Assembly (NCBI GenBank): GCA_963675915.1
Contig: OY780959.1
Coordinates: 1,380,001-1,412,000 of the forward strand
Direction of reading: 5' to 3'
DNA from: Coprobacillaceae bacterium
GTDB taxonomy: Bacteria; Bacillota_I; Bacilli_A; Erysipelotrichales; Coprobacillaceae
Length of the DNA: 32,000 nt
Made by a program: the position numbers and the translations under genes
Notes under the pieces: generated by a model
What the model was told of the DNA's origin: nothing
What the model saw: the letters and a program-made list of their open reading frames with translations, nothing else
The model's database searches: none
Part shown: positions 1-9,334 of the stretch, one piece after another
Position numbering within the stretch: the stretch's first letter is position 1
Layout: every line of letters starts with the position of its first letter

Positions 1-68
1 AGGGATTTGCTTGGACAGGACAATCATCAGGCCCTGGTAATTTGCATTTTTGAGTAACCAGGATTCGG

Positions 69-695
69 TTACTCTTCTTTAGGTTCGTGCTTTAGATGGC
101 TCCCATCACAAAACGGTTCATTTTTGCTTCTGCCACAGCTACAAAGACAATAGTGATCCTTCGCGACCGGATGACGCTCATCAATAAGTTCCACCGGCCC
201 CAAAACAACATAGGGGCCATCATGAGTAACCTTGATCGAGGGCTCATCGAAAAAATTGTCGAAAGTCTCGCCATTGATGGTGTAACTCAAAGCACCCGAA
301 TGGCATTTTTTGATTGTTGCGATTATATTCTCAACCGTATCGCCATCAGGATCGATCCAGGGACATTTATACATGTCAAATACTTTCGGAAGCTCCAGAT
401 AACATGTTCCCGGGTGGGAACATGCCCTTCGATTATCATGGATGATGATCTTCTTGCCCACGTAGGATCGGAATCTTCCATCACGAACTTTCAAGCGATT
501 ATCTTTGAATCCGCTCTTGATGTGAGCACCATCGCAAAAAGGCTTGGTTGCGCTTTTACCACAGCGACACAAACTAACCGAAGATTTAATTGCAATTTTC
601 TCTCCATCACTGTCGCTGAGTTCATTAAGCCCTTTGACAATAAAAGGACCGTTGATTATGGTTTTGATTGTCGGTTTGTCACCCATCAGTTTCAC
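69..695 (-). CDS. CDGSH-type iron-sulfur protein: two CDGSH domains flanking a ferredoxin-like Cys/His segment
   Basis: Two CDGSH motifs are present (CRCGKSATKPFCDGAH and CSCGRSKNEPFCDGSH). The central segment ACSHPGTC...KCHSGAL resembles the divergent 4Fe-4S mono-cluster domain. The start is ambiguous: GTG at 695 or ATG at 686. Confidence 0.8.
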   Translation of the reverse strand: MKLMGDKPTIKTIINGPFIVKGLNELSDSDGEKIAIKSSVSLCRCGKSATKPFCDGAHIKSGFKDNRLKVRDGRFRSYVGKKIIIHDNRRACSHPGTCYLELPKVFDMYKCPWIDPDGDTVENIIATIKKCHSGALSYTINGETFDNFFDEPSIKVTHDGPYVVLGPVELIDERHPVAKDHYCLCSCGRSKNEPFCDGSHLKHEPKEE

Positions 696-714
696 CGCCT
701 CTTGGTTGATTTTA

Positions 715-739
715 GATCCAATAAGTCCCTTATTGGATC
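715..739. other. Perfect hairpin (11-bp stem GATCCAATAAG/CTTATTGGATC, 3-nt loop) in the 158-nt gap between the amidohydrolase and CDGSH genes
   Basis: Read directly from the sequence. No U-run follows it on the minus strand, so it is not a canonical intrinsic terminator. Confidence 0.4.
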
Positions 740-853
740 AGACTATATTATCAATTATAGCATCATCTTCCCAATTGCTCATCATGATATGCTTATAACC
801 AGGAAATATCTGAATTTATTTCAATTTCTTGGTTATTCTAGGGTATTGGCCAA

Positions 854-2170
854 TCAGAGCAATTCCTTTTTAAAGAGGCTGTTGTTTTTAACCGTCATTG
901 CGGCTAGGGTTTCCTTGCGGATTTGCGCCAGGTCGACCTGACACAGTTTCTTATCTTTGACCAGACACTGACCGGCTACAAAGACAGAATCCACATTTTT
1001 GCTGTTGGCACTGTAAACCAAACATGAATACGGATCATAGAGCGGGAACATGTTGACTGATTCCGTCTCCACCAAAACCAGATCGGCCTGTTTGCCGACT
1101 TCAAGACTACCAATTCGATCACTAAGATTAAGGGCTTTGGCTCCACCGCTGGTTCCCAGTTCGACAATGGTTTTGGCCGGAAAGGCGCTGCGGTCATGAT
1201 TCTCCATCTTGTGGAAATTGGCCACCAGCTTGAACTGAGTGATGATATCCAGGGTATTACCGCTTGATGGTCCATCAGTTCCCAGCCCCACTGGGATACC
1301 GGCTTCAATCATCGCTTTGACAGGAGCCACACCTTTGGCGGATTTGGTGTTGGCTCCGATACAATGAGCCACTGAAGCACCGTTGTCTTTAAGCAGTTTC
1401 AAGTCATTATCTTTGGCGTAGATGCAATGGGCTGCCAACAGGCGGGAATTCACGATTCCCCGGCTGGCAAGAAACTCGATTGGAGTCATCTGGTATTCCT
1501 CTTGGAAATATTTCATCTCGTAATCCATTTCGGAAACATGGATGGTAAATGGTACATTATACTTCTTCGATAATTCACTGGCCTTTTTCAAGGTGTCTTC
1601 GCTGCAGGTAACAGTACTATGCGGGGCCACACACCCCGTAATCAAATCGTGGTCAAGATATTCTTCGATCAATTCCTGGGCATAAACCAGGCTCTCACTG
1701 GCAGTAGCGGCATCACAAACCTCCTGGTCGATGATGGTTTCCCCGAGGACAGCTCTTATTTTCATTTCATCAGCTGCTTTGGCAACTTCTTTTTCGAAAT
1801 AGTACATGTCCATCACGGTGGTAACTCCACCAAGAAGCAATTCGGCGATGGCGTATTTAGCCGAGGCATAGACCAGATCGGCAGTCATTTCATCACGTTC
1901 AGTCGGCAGCAAAAATCTTCTGAGCCGATCAACCGCATCATCCTGCAAACCCCGGAAAGGAATCATCCCCAAATGAGTATGGGAATTGATCATTCCCGGC
2001 ATCAGGATTCCCCCGTTGCCGTCAATCACTTCTTCACCGTCAAGTGGTTGGTACGCTTCCATCGGGCCCAAGCCGGTTATTATATCATTTTCAAATCGCA
2101 GATAACCATGGGAATAGAGATTTTTCTTTTCATCCATCGTTACCAGTATTACATTTTTTATTACTGTCAT
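854..2170 (-). CDS. Amidohydrolase-superfamily deaminase/chlorohydrolase (MtaD / SsnA / guanine-deaminase-like); substrate not assignable
   Basis: 438 aa. It has the metal-binding NSHTHLGM motif near the N-terminus, internal HVSE and AHC motifs, and GLGTDGPSSGN near the C-terminus. It starts 5 nt after the adenine deaminase stop. Confidence 0.75.
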   Translation of the reverse strand: MTVIKNVILVTMDEKKNLYSHGYLRFENDIITGLGPMEAYQPLDGEEVIDGNGGILMPGMINSHTHLGMIPFRGLQDDAVDRLRRFLLPTERDEMTADLVYASAKYAIAELLLGGVTTVMDMYYFEKEVAKAADEMKIRAVLGETIIDQEVCDAATASESLVYAQELIEEYLDHDLITGCVAPHSTVTCSEDTLKKASELSKKYNVPFTIHVSEMDYEMKYFQEEYQMTPIEFLASRGIVNSRLLAAHCIYAKDNDLKLLKDNGASVAHCIGANTKSAKGVAPVKAMIEAGIPVGLGTDGPSSGNTLDIITQFKLVANFHKMENHDRSAFPAKTIVELGTSGGAKALNLSDRIGSLEVGKQADLVLVETESVNMFPLYDPYSCLVYSANSKNVDSVFVAGQCLVKDKKLCQVDLAQIRKETLAAMTVKNNSLFKKELL

Positions 2171-2175
2171 ATTCT

Positions 2176-3891
2176 TTAACCTTCGATTTCATTAATTATT
2201 AATGGTTCGAATTGATAAGTTCGCACATTAAATAAACCATTATCTGTCAGCTTCAATTCCGGTGATACTGTCAATGCCAGGGTTGCAACCGACATCAGCA
2301 CATTCCCGTTGGCATAACCGAGTTTTTCGACAGCCTCACGGACTCCGGCAATTTTTCGAGCCAGCACTTCAACCGGCTCATCAGAGACAATCCCACCGAT
2401 TCTTAGCGGGGCCTCAGCGACAATCGCATTATTAGCCCCGACGCAATAACCCCCCTGCAGTTCGACAATCCGATTTTGAGCGCATATCATGCTTTCAATA
2501 TCATTGCCGATCACCAGGAGATTATGACTGTCATGGGACCAGGTTGTCGCAACGGCCCCGGATTTATCATGTTCCAGGGCATTCTCAACCAAGCCATAAC
2601 TGATATTGCCATTCTTGCCGTAACGTTCAAATATCACTGCCAAACTCAAACCGGATTTTTGCCACTGAACCACACCTTCAATGACTTCCAGCCTTCTAGT
2701 AACTTTCTTGGTGAAAGTACCACCATAGGATAACTGCATCACATTGACATCAACCGCCACTACCGACTTTGCTACCTTGAGGACAAAATCGTCTCCGTTC
2801 GCTTTTTTACAGTTGATCGAATTGTAAAACTTGCTTGGAAAATCAACGACTTCTTCCCGACAGGCTTGATTGGTTATCAAAACTCCGGCTTTGTAAACTT
2901 CCATTGCTCCAGTAAGCAATTTATCAGGGATGATCACCAGATCGGCAATCTTTCCTGGAGCAATCATGCCCCGGTCGCTTAGATTCATCCGCCGCGCCGG
3001 AATATGGGTGGCACAGTAGACGGCCTTTTCAAAAGGGAGACCGAGATCGACCGCTTTTTGGACCAGGATATTAAGATGACCGTGAAGCAGTTCATCAGGC
3101 ATGACATCGTCAGTGACCAACGCGATATTATCATATAATTCGTTGGCGACGACGGTCTTGATTGTTTCGTTATTGAGCGACTTGCGCTGCAATTCCAGAA
3201 ACATTCCGGCATCGCTTTTTTCCCTGATTGATTCAGGGGTTTGTTGGGTATGGTCGGAATCCACTCCGGCTCGAATGAATGCCGCCAATTGCTCGGGGGT
3301 TAACTTGGGACAGTGACCTTCTATCTTAATTGGTTTTTCGTGACTTTGACAGACCTCGACAATCCGTTTGATCTTGGTATCTTTGGGAGAAATCAAATCA
3401 GTAAAGTTCATCACTTCACCAAGACAGATAACTTTTTGATGATCCAGCAGTTGCTCCACATCAGTTTCATCGAGAATGGCTCCCGAGGTTTCGATGTCTG
3501 GAGCAGTTGCCGGAACACTTGAAGGGACTCCGTAAAAGATGTCCATTTGAGGATTCTGGTTCAAGAACGCCTGAATACCTTCATTGCCAAAGACATTGGC
3601 CATTTCGTGGGGATCGGAGACAACCGTAGTTGTTCCATATTTTAAAGCCGCCTTGGAGAAGGCGGCTGGATATGTCATCGAACTTTCGACATGCATATGA
3701 CAGTCGACCAGTCCGGGAATGATGTAACTTCCCTTTCTGTCGATAATCACCTTGGCGTTGTCGGCGTAACAATCCAGATTGTCGGCCACCCGGTAAATCG
3801 AGTCACCGACAACTGCAATGTCTTTTTGTTCAAAGACTTGACGGCAGGTCATGAAGACAAATGCATTTTTGATCAACAGGTCAATCATCAT
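2176..3891 (-). CDS. ade: Adenine deaminase (copy 1)
   Basis: Contains GLVDCHMHVESSM and DPHEMANV motifs, and its ~570 aa length is typical of adenine deaminase. I moved the start from the TTG at 3909 in the ORF track to the ATG at 3891, which sits behind AAGGAGGAGG. Confidence 0.8.
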   Translation of the reverse strand: MMIDLLIKNAFVFMTCRQVFEQKDIAVVGDSIYRVADNLDCYADNAKVIIDRKGSYIIPGLVDCHMHVESSMTYPAAFSKAALKYGTTTVVSDPHEMANVFGNEGIQAFLNQNPQMDIFYGVPSSVPATAPDIETSGAILDETDVEQLLDHQKVICLGEVMNFTDLISPKDTKIKRIVEVCQSHEKPIKIEGHCPKLTPEQLAAFIRAGVDSDHTQQTPESIREKSDAGMFLELQRKSLNNETIKTVVANELYDNIALVTDDVMPDELLHGHLNILVQKAVDLGLPFEKAVYCATHIPARRMNLSDRGMIAPGKIADLVIIPDKLLTGAMEVYKAGVLITNQACREEVVDFPSKFYNSINCKKANGDDFVLKVAKSVVAVDVNVMQLSYGGTFTKKVTRRLEVIEGVVQWQKSGLSLAVIFERYGKNGNISYGLVENALEHDKSGAVATTWSHDSHNLLVIGNDIESMICAQNRIVELQGGYCVGANNAIVAEAPLRIGGIVSDEPVEVLARKIAGVREAVEKLGYANGNVLMSVATLALTVSPELKLTDNGLFNVRTYQFEPLIINEIEG

Positions 3892-3922
3892 TTTCCTCCT
3901 CCTTACCAAAACTGTCGTTTTC

Positions 3923-4957
3923 TTAGCTGTTTAAAGTACGATTCCAGTTGTCGATCCAATCAGCTAAAATCGGATTAACGAAGTTGTAATCAACTGTTTT
4001 CAAAGCATTGGCAGCTTCACCATAAGGCATTGCAGCCGCTTGTTCTTCAGTCAATTCAACCAATTTGTTTGTTGGGGCGTTGTTCAATGTATCAGCAGCG
4101 ATTGTTTGAAGTTGGGCACTGATACGGTAGTTGATGTAATCATAAGCCAAATCAATGTTAGCTGAGTTAGCGTTGATGTTGATAGTGTTGAAGTTACCAT
4201 AAGCAGCTTCAGGAGTAACGAATACCAGATTTTCATTTCCAGCTTTTAAAATAGGTACTGCGTAGTCACCAACGACTGCGGCACTGATTTCACCTGAAGT
4301 GAACATATTAACCAAGTCAGATGATCTAGAATAAGTTTTTACAATGTTGCTTTTAAGATCAGCCAAAGCTGCGAAAGCCGCTTCACCATTATCAGTTGCA
4401 ACGTCTACACCAGCGTAATCACTTGCAATGTAAACCATTGAAGGACCGAATGTAGTAGTGATTTCAGGGATTGATACTTGGTTAGCCAAATCAGCTGACC
4501 ATAAATCTGCGTAGCTGTCGATTGCATCTACTTTAGCCGGATCATATACGATTACCAGGCTGTTCATTGTGTAAGGAACACCAGCACCAGCTTCAACCAA
4601 AGCTTTTGCTGAATCAATCAAATTGTCATAGTTGGCGATTTTTGAAGTATCGATTGCTTGGAAGATTCCAGCAGCGGCACCTTCAGCAGTTTTTGATTGA
4701 GATAATTCAATAACATCGATTGATGTTTGGTTGTCCGAAGCGAATTTTGTATAACGTTCTGATGAGTTACCAGTTTCAGTAACGATATCAGTGTTGAATT
4801 CGTCTTCGAAAGGTTTGTAGATTTGATCTTCAGATACATCTTCACTTAAACCGAATGTTGATAAGACCAAAGTACCAGCATCTCCAGTTGCCGGATTTGC
4901 ACCGCAACCAGTCAATACTAATGTTAAAACCATAAGTAATGCAATAATTCTTTTCAT
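3923..4957 (-). CDS. ABC transporter substrate-binding lipoprotein, PotD/PotF-like
   Basis: Signal peptide with lipobox LVLTGC. At 344 aa it fits solute-binding family 1. It lies in an operon with the ATPase and two permeases. Confidence 0.7.
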   Translation of the reverse strand: MKRIIALLMVLTLVLTGCGANPATGDAGTLVLSTFGLSEDVSEDQIYKPFEDEFNTDIVTETGNSSERYTKFASDNQTSIDVIELSQSKTAEGAAAGIFQAIDTSKIANYDNLIDSAKALVEAGAGVPYTMNSLVIVYDPAKVDAIDSYADLWSADLANQVSIPEITTTFGPSMVYIASDYAGVDVATDNGEAAFAALADLKSNIVKTYSRSSDLVNMFTSGEISAAVVGDYAVPILKAGNENLVFVTPEAAYGNFNTININANSANIDLAYDYINYRISAQLQTIAADTLNNAPTNKLVELTEEQAAAMPYGEAANALKTVDYNFVNPILADWIDNWNRTLNS

Positions 4958-5021
4958 TGTAATTCCTCTCTTTTTCTCTTGGGTAGATTAAATAATTTAT
5001 AATTAAAGCACCTTCACAGAG

Positions 5022-6071
5022 TTACGCCTCTGATCTTTGTACCAGAATTAACTTTTGGGGATTGAAATACAGGTTAACCAGGTCGCCTTCTTCATGAACA
5101 ACGTCCGTATTGCGGTTAACGATAAATTTGCCAAGCTCGGTTTCTACTTCATATTGATAACCTTTGCCTAAAAATGTTCTCACGCCAATCGATCCAGTGA
5201 TCGTATTGGTCACAGCAGTTTCATCAACAATCGTGATGTCATCAGGACGGATGGTCCCCAGACAGTCAGTTGCATCGGTAGTTTCAGCAATCTCAAATCG
5301 CAGTCCGTTGCCAGTCACGTATTTGCCTTCCTCACCAATTTTTAGATCGATGAAGTTTTCAAATCCGATGAATCTTGCGACAAATTCGGTTGTTGGATGA
5401 TTGTAGATGGTTTCCGGGGTATCGAACTGTTCGATGATCCCTTTGTTCATTACCGCAACCTTGTCGGAAATCGAGAAGCACTCTTCCTGATCATGAGTTA
5501 CAAACAAAGTCGTAATCCCAGCCGATTTTTGAAGTCGCTTGATTTCAGTACGCATCTCAACCCGCAATTTGGCGTCAAGATTCGATAACGGCTCATCAAG
5601 AAGCAACATATCCGGTTCGATAACCAGAGCTCGTGCCAGAGCCACCCGCTGATTCTGACCGCCGGACATCTGGTTTGGGAAACGTCTTTCAAAACCTTTC
5701 AAACCGACAATCTCAATCATCTTCATTACTTTTTCCTGGATAACTGCTTTATCCATCTTGCGCATCTTCAGTCCGAAAGCCACGTTGTCAAACACGCTTA
5801 AATGCGGGAACAAGGCATAGCTTTGGAAAAGCAGACCGAAGTTTCTTTTTTCGATTGGGGTATGAGTCATATCGACTCCATCAAGAACGAATGATCCGGC
5901 TTGCGGTTCGATGAAACCAGCCACAACCCGCAGCGTAGTCGTCTTACCACAGCCACTAGGTCCCAGCAGGGAAACCAGTTCCCCTTTGTTGATGGAAAGA
6001 TTCAACTGTTCCAACACTTTGTTTTTCTTATTGTAACAGACATCAATATCTGTCAGATTCATAAATGCCAT
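5022..6071 (-). CDS. ABC transporter ATP-binding protein, PotA/MalK-like
   Basis: Walker A GPSGCGKTT, signature MSGGQNQR and Walker B LLLDEP are present, followed by a C-terminal regulatory/TOBE-like extension. AGGAGG lies 7 nt before the ATG. Confidence 0.85.
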   Translation of the reverse strand: MAFMNLTDIDVCYNKKNKVLEQLNLSINKGELVSLLGPSGCGKTTTLRVVAGFIEPQAGSFVLDGVDMTHTPIEKRNFGLLFQSYALFPHLSVFDNVAFGLKMRKMDKAVIQEKVMKMIEIVGLKGFERRFPNQMSGGQNQRVALARALVIEPDMLLLDEPLSNLDAKLRVEMRTEIKRLQKSAGITTLFVTHDQEECFSISDKVAVMNKGIIEQFDTPETIYNHPTTEFVARFIGFENFIDLKIGEEGKYVTGNGLRFEIAETTDATDCLGTIRPDDITIVDETAVTNTITGSIGVRTFLGKGYQYEVETELGKFIVNRNTDVVHEEGDLVNLYFNPQKLILVQRSEA

Positions 6072-6082
6072 GATAGTTCCTC

Positions 6083-6874
6083 CTATTTCGCGATTGAAGC
6101 AATACCTAATGTTTTATCGACAATCATCATTATTAGTACAGTTGCCAACATCAGCAAGACCGAGACTGCCGATACAGTCGGATCATAATTATATTCGATA
6201 TAGTTCATCAGGGTTGCCGGGAAAGTGCTCACTCCCGGACCGGTCAAGAACATCGAAACCGGAATATTATTGAATGAGTTGATGAATGCCAGGATGAAGG
6301 CTGCCGATATTCCTGAGGTGATATTCGGCAAGACGACTGTGATGAATGTTTTAATCTTACCACAGCCCAGACTCCACGCCGCTTCCTCGACACTGAAATC
6401 AAATGATTCCAGACTCGAAGAGACGATTCTGATGATATAAGGAATGACCACCATGAAATGGCCGATCATCAGACTGTAGAATACCGGAATCCGCAAGGTC
6501 AGAATCAAGAACTGATACAAGGCAAACCCGACTACGATTCCCGGAACAATTGCCGGTGAAAGGAACAGTGATTTAATGAATGTTTTCCCGGCCATTTGCG
6601 ACTTGGCCAAGGCATAGGCCGCCGGAATCCCGACAAACAAAGCGACAAAGGTTGACAGGAAAGCGACTGAAATACTGGTTCCAAATGATTTGATGAATGA
6701 ATCCAGCTGGAAGACATTGCCAAACCAATCCAGCGAGAAACCGCTGATCGGGAATTTGATTACCGTCCCCGGTTCAAACGCGGTTACCGTGATGATAAGC
6801 AGCGGAGCCACCATGAAGGTAAATACGATTATGGCAAATCCGGTTAAAAATTTATGATTACGCATGTCCATCAC
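6083..6874 (-). CDS. ABC transporter permease (PotC-like)
   Basis: Six predicted TM segments and an EAA-type loop (EEAAWSLGCGKIKTFITVVLP). It overlaps the upstream permease gene by 17 nt. Confidence 0.8.
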   Translation of the reverse strand: MMDMRNHKFLTGFAIIVFTFMVAPLLIITVTAFEPGTVIKFPISGFSLDWFGNVFQLDSFIKSFGTSISVAFLSTFVALFVGIPAAYALAKSQMAGKTFIKSLFLSPAIVPGIVVGFALYQFLILTLRIPVFYSLMIGHFMVVIPYIIRIVSSSLESFDFSVEEAAWSLGCGKIKTFITVVLPNITSGISAAFILAFINSFNNIPVSMFLTGPGVSTFPATLMNYIEYNYDPTVSAVSVLLMLATVLIMMIVDKTLGIASIAK

Positions 6875-7691
6875 CTCTTCTATCCAGTTTGGCCGCTACT
6901 TTGTTCAACCCTTTGATGACAATCAGGGTCATCACAATCATGATTAAAGCAATTACTGCCGCGCCATCCCAATCAGACACCGCCATTGCCCGTTGATAAA
7001 TCAAGGTCGACAGGACCAGATTCCGGTTGCCCCCAAGCAATTGGGGAGTCGTATAGGCAGTCAAGGTTCCGGTGAACACCAAAACCGATCCGACGATGAT
7101 TCCCGGCAAACTAAGTGGGAACACAACTTTCATGAAAGCCTTGATGGGATTGGCTCCCAGGCTGCGAGCCGCTTCCATCAGACTGGCATGGATATTTTCC
7201 ATCGCTCCGGCCACGGTTACAATCATCAGCGGCAAGAACAGATATACCGATCCGATATAGATAGCGAATTCTGTATACAATAGTTGAATCGGTTGGTCGA
7301 TTGCTCCAACCATCATCAAAATCCTATTGATGATCCCGTTGCTTCCCAGGATGTTGATCCAGGCGAAACTGCGGACCACTGAATTGGTCATCAATGGAAA
7401 CAGCGACAATGCCAGGAAGAATCCGCGCCACTTTTTCGACGTAAGCGAGATAAAGTAAGCAATCGGAACTCCCAGGAATCCGCAGGTTACTGTCGTCAAA
7501 ATTGCGATTCTTACAGTTCTAATGAAAATACCCAGGAAATATTCATCTTTAAAGAAATCAAGATAATTACTGAAGATGAAAGCACCGCTGTTGATTGTCG
7601 GGAAAATCACTTTCAGCAGGGGTGCGAACAACCCTAATAAGATGATTACCAGGCCGGGCACCAACATCATCATCGCTCTACTTTTTCTCAT
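6858..7691 (-). CDS. ABC transporter permease (PotB-like)
   Basis: Multi-TM protein with an EAA loop (EAARSLGANPIKAFMKVVFP). AAGGAG lies 5 nt before the ATG. Confidence 0.8.
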   Translation of the reverse strand: MRKSRAMMMLVPGLVIILLGLFAPLLKVIFPTINSGAFIFSNYLDFFKDEYFLGIFIRTVRIAILTTVTCGFLGVPIAYFISLTSKKWRGFFLALSLFPLMTNSVVRSFAWINILGSNGIINRILMMVGAIDQPIQLLYTEFAIYIGSVYLFLPLMIVTVAGAMENIHASLMEAARSLGANPIKAFMKVVFPLSLPGIIVGSVLVFTGTLTAYTTPQLLGGNRNLVLSTLIYQRAMAVSDWDGAAVIALIMIVMTLIVIKGLNKVAAKLDRRGDGHA

Positions 7692-7815
7692 ATGCGCTCC
7701 TTCTTGACATACACTGTATTTGATCTAATCCAACCCAGCCATAATACTGAAATGAATCACCCAAAAACACTGTTTTTCGCTCTCAATTTATTGTATACAC
7801 TTCAAATATGGTTCC

Positions 7816-7844
7816 ATTATAAATTCCGGTATACTATATGTCAA
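7816..7844 (-). promoter_or_regulatory. Consensus sigma-A promoter TTGACA-17-TATAAT for the ABC/deaminase operon
   Basis: On the minus strand, TTGACA is at 7844-7839 and TATAAT at 7821-7816, with exactly 17 nt between them. It sits about 125 nt upstream of the permease start at 7691. Confidence 0.6.
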
Positions 7845-7934
7845 ATATATTTAATCTATATACTTTATGCATTTAGGCTATACTAATAGCTTCGAAGATG
7901 ATATACTGTCTCTAAAATACACCCGGAGGTCAAT

Positions 7935-8855
7935 ATGGAACTAAAAGAAGCCCGCTACATCCTGTCTATCTATAAAAATAAAACAATTTCCAAAGCTGCC
8001 GAGGAACTTTTTATCTCGCAACCGTCCTTGAGCAAGTATCTCAAGAATATCGAAGGTCATCTGGGAGAACCTCTTTTCGACCGGATCAACAACGAATATA
8101 TTCCCACTTATGTCGGCGAACGCTACCTCCATTACGCCCGGAAGATCGTTGGTCACGGTCAGGAATGGCTTAGCGAATTTGATGATCTGACCCAACAAGA
8201 CAAAGGGCGAATCAACCTTGCCATTCCGGTGATGCTGGGCAATACCATTATCGAACCGACCCTAGGCGAGTTTTATCAGCGTTATCCTCATGTGGAAGTA
8301 AATCTGATGGAAGAAGTTCACTTCGTCTCGGAGCAATTCCTCAAGGACAGTTCGGTTGACCTGGTGCTTTACAATGTCGCCGACTTGCCTGACAGTCTCG
8401 ATTACGAAATCATCCACCAGGAAGAGGTGGTCATGATTGTCTCCAAAAAAAATCCTTTGTCCAAACTTGGGGTTGCCAAGGAAGGTTTCGATAATCCCTG
8501 GGTCGATATTCGCGAATTCAAAGATGAGAAATTCATTATGCTCTATCCCGACCATACAACCGGGCGGCTGACCAATCAGCTATTCCAAGAACACAACTTC
8601 CAACCCAACGTAATTTTGAGAACCCGCAACAGCCAGCTTTCAATAAGACTGGCCCTGGAAAACGTCGGCATCGCCTTCGCACCGCAAAGTTACTACAACA
8701 CCGTCAAAGCTGATAATGGATGTTGTTGCTTTTCAGTTGGAAAAAAGCCAATCAAAACAACCATGATTGCCGGATATCTCAAAAATCGCTACATGCCAAA
8801 GTACACCAAAGAATATCTGGCGATGATTACCGAGTTCTGCAACAACCGCAAATAA
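7935..8855 (+). CDS. LysR-family transcriptional regulator, divergent from the ABC/deaminase operon
   Basis: N-terminal wHTH (ISKAAEELFISQPSLSKYLKNIE) with a substrate-binding-type C-terminal domain, 306 aa. A GGAGG SD is present. Confidence 0.85.
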   Translation: MELKEARYILSIYKNKTISKAAEELFISQPSLSKYLKNIEGHLGEPLFDRINNEYIPTYVGERYLHYARKIVGHGQEWLSEFDDLTQQDKGRINLAIPVMLGNTIIEPTLGEFYQRYPHVEVNLMEEVHFVSEQFLKDSSVDLVLYNVADLPDSLDYEIIHQEEVVMIVSKKNPLSKLGVAKEGFDNPWVDIREFKDEKFIMLYPDHTTGRLTNQLFQEHNFQPNVILRTRNSQLSIRLALENVGIAFAPQSYYNTVKADNGCCCFSVGKKPIKTTMIAGYLKNRYMPKYTKEYLAMITEFCNNRK

Positions 8856-8858
8856 ACC

Positions 8859-8886
8859 AATCGGGTTATCTAACCCGATTTTTTCA
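8859..8886 (+). terminator. Intrinsic terminator after the LysR gene
   Basis: Stem AATCGGGTT/AACCCGATT with a 4-nt loop, followed by TTTTCAT. Confidence 0.7.
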
Positions 8887-9024
8887 TCTATTGCCTCCAC
8901 TATCGCCAAAAAGAACCTGGCAATCAGCCCAGTGATTCAATAATCACATTGAAAAATCATCAATGACAGGGATATTGTTTGGCTAGCTTGAGAAAAAGAG
9001 ATTTCAAAAAAACGCGACCCGTTA

Positions 9025-9053
9025 TTGACATATGTTCATTATAGCGGTATTAT
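9025..9053 (+). promoter_or_regulatory. Near-consensus promoter TTGACA-17-TATTAT for the small-protein pair
   Basis: TTGACA is at 9025-9030 and TATTAT at 9048-9053, with a 17-nt spacer. Confidence 0.5.
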
Positions 9054-9108
9054 AGTTATGGACATAAGTTATTAACTAACAACAAATTATCAAGTGGAGG
9101 TGCAAATA

Positions 9109-9306
9109 ATGCCAAGAAGAGATGGAACCGGACCCTTGGGTCAAGGACCGATGATCGGACGTGACGGCCTTTGTGGTACCGGAGTCGGACCCGGAGGATA
9201 TTGCGTATGCCCGAATTGTGGCGAAAAATTAACGCATACCACCGGAGCTCCCTGCTCAGCCCAGAAATGCCCGAAATGTGGGACTTCGATGACAAGATCA
9301 AGTTAA
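9109..9306 (+). CDS. DUF5320-like small protein with C-terminal double CPxCG (zinc-ribbon/rubredoxin-like) knuckles
   Basis: 65 aa: MPRRDGTGPLGQGPMIGR... then CVCPNCG...CPKCG. GGAGG at 9096-9100 lies 8 nt before the ATG at 9109. The GTG at 9094 in the ORF track overlaps the SD, so I rejected it as the start. Confidence 0.7.
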   Translation: MPRRDGTGPLGQGPMIGRDGLCGTGVGPGGYCVCPNCGEKLTHTTGAPCSAQKCPKCGTSMTRSS

Positions 9307-9334
9307 GATAAAAAAATAAACAGGAGGTGGCAAA

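Noticed and set aside
52-74. Hairpin GAGTAACC-AGGATTC-GGTTACTC overlapping the CDGSH stop codon, as a possible terminator
   Set aside because: No U-run follows on the minus strand. It could instead serve a plus-strand gene lying off the left edge, which cannot be evaluated from this window.
96-941. 281-aa plus-strand ORF covering the CDGSH gene region
   Set aside because: It is antisense to a minus-strand ORF with unmistakable CDGSH motifs. It has no SD and a low-complexity, motif-free translation. I applied the same reasoning to the other long shadow ORFs in the track (1619-2179, 3691-3978, 16377-16750, 19076-19429, 23891-24274, 26210-26608 and others).
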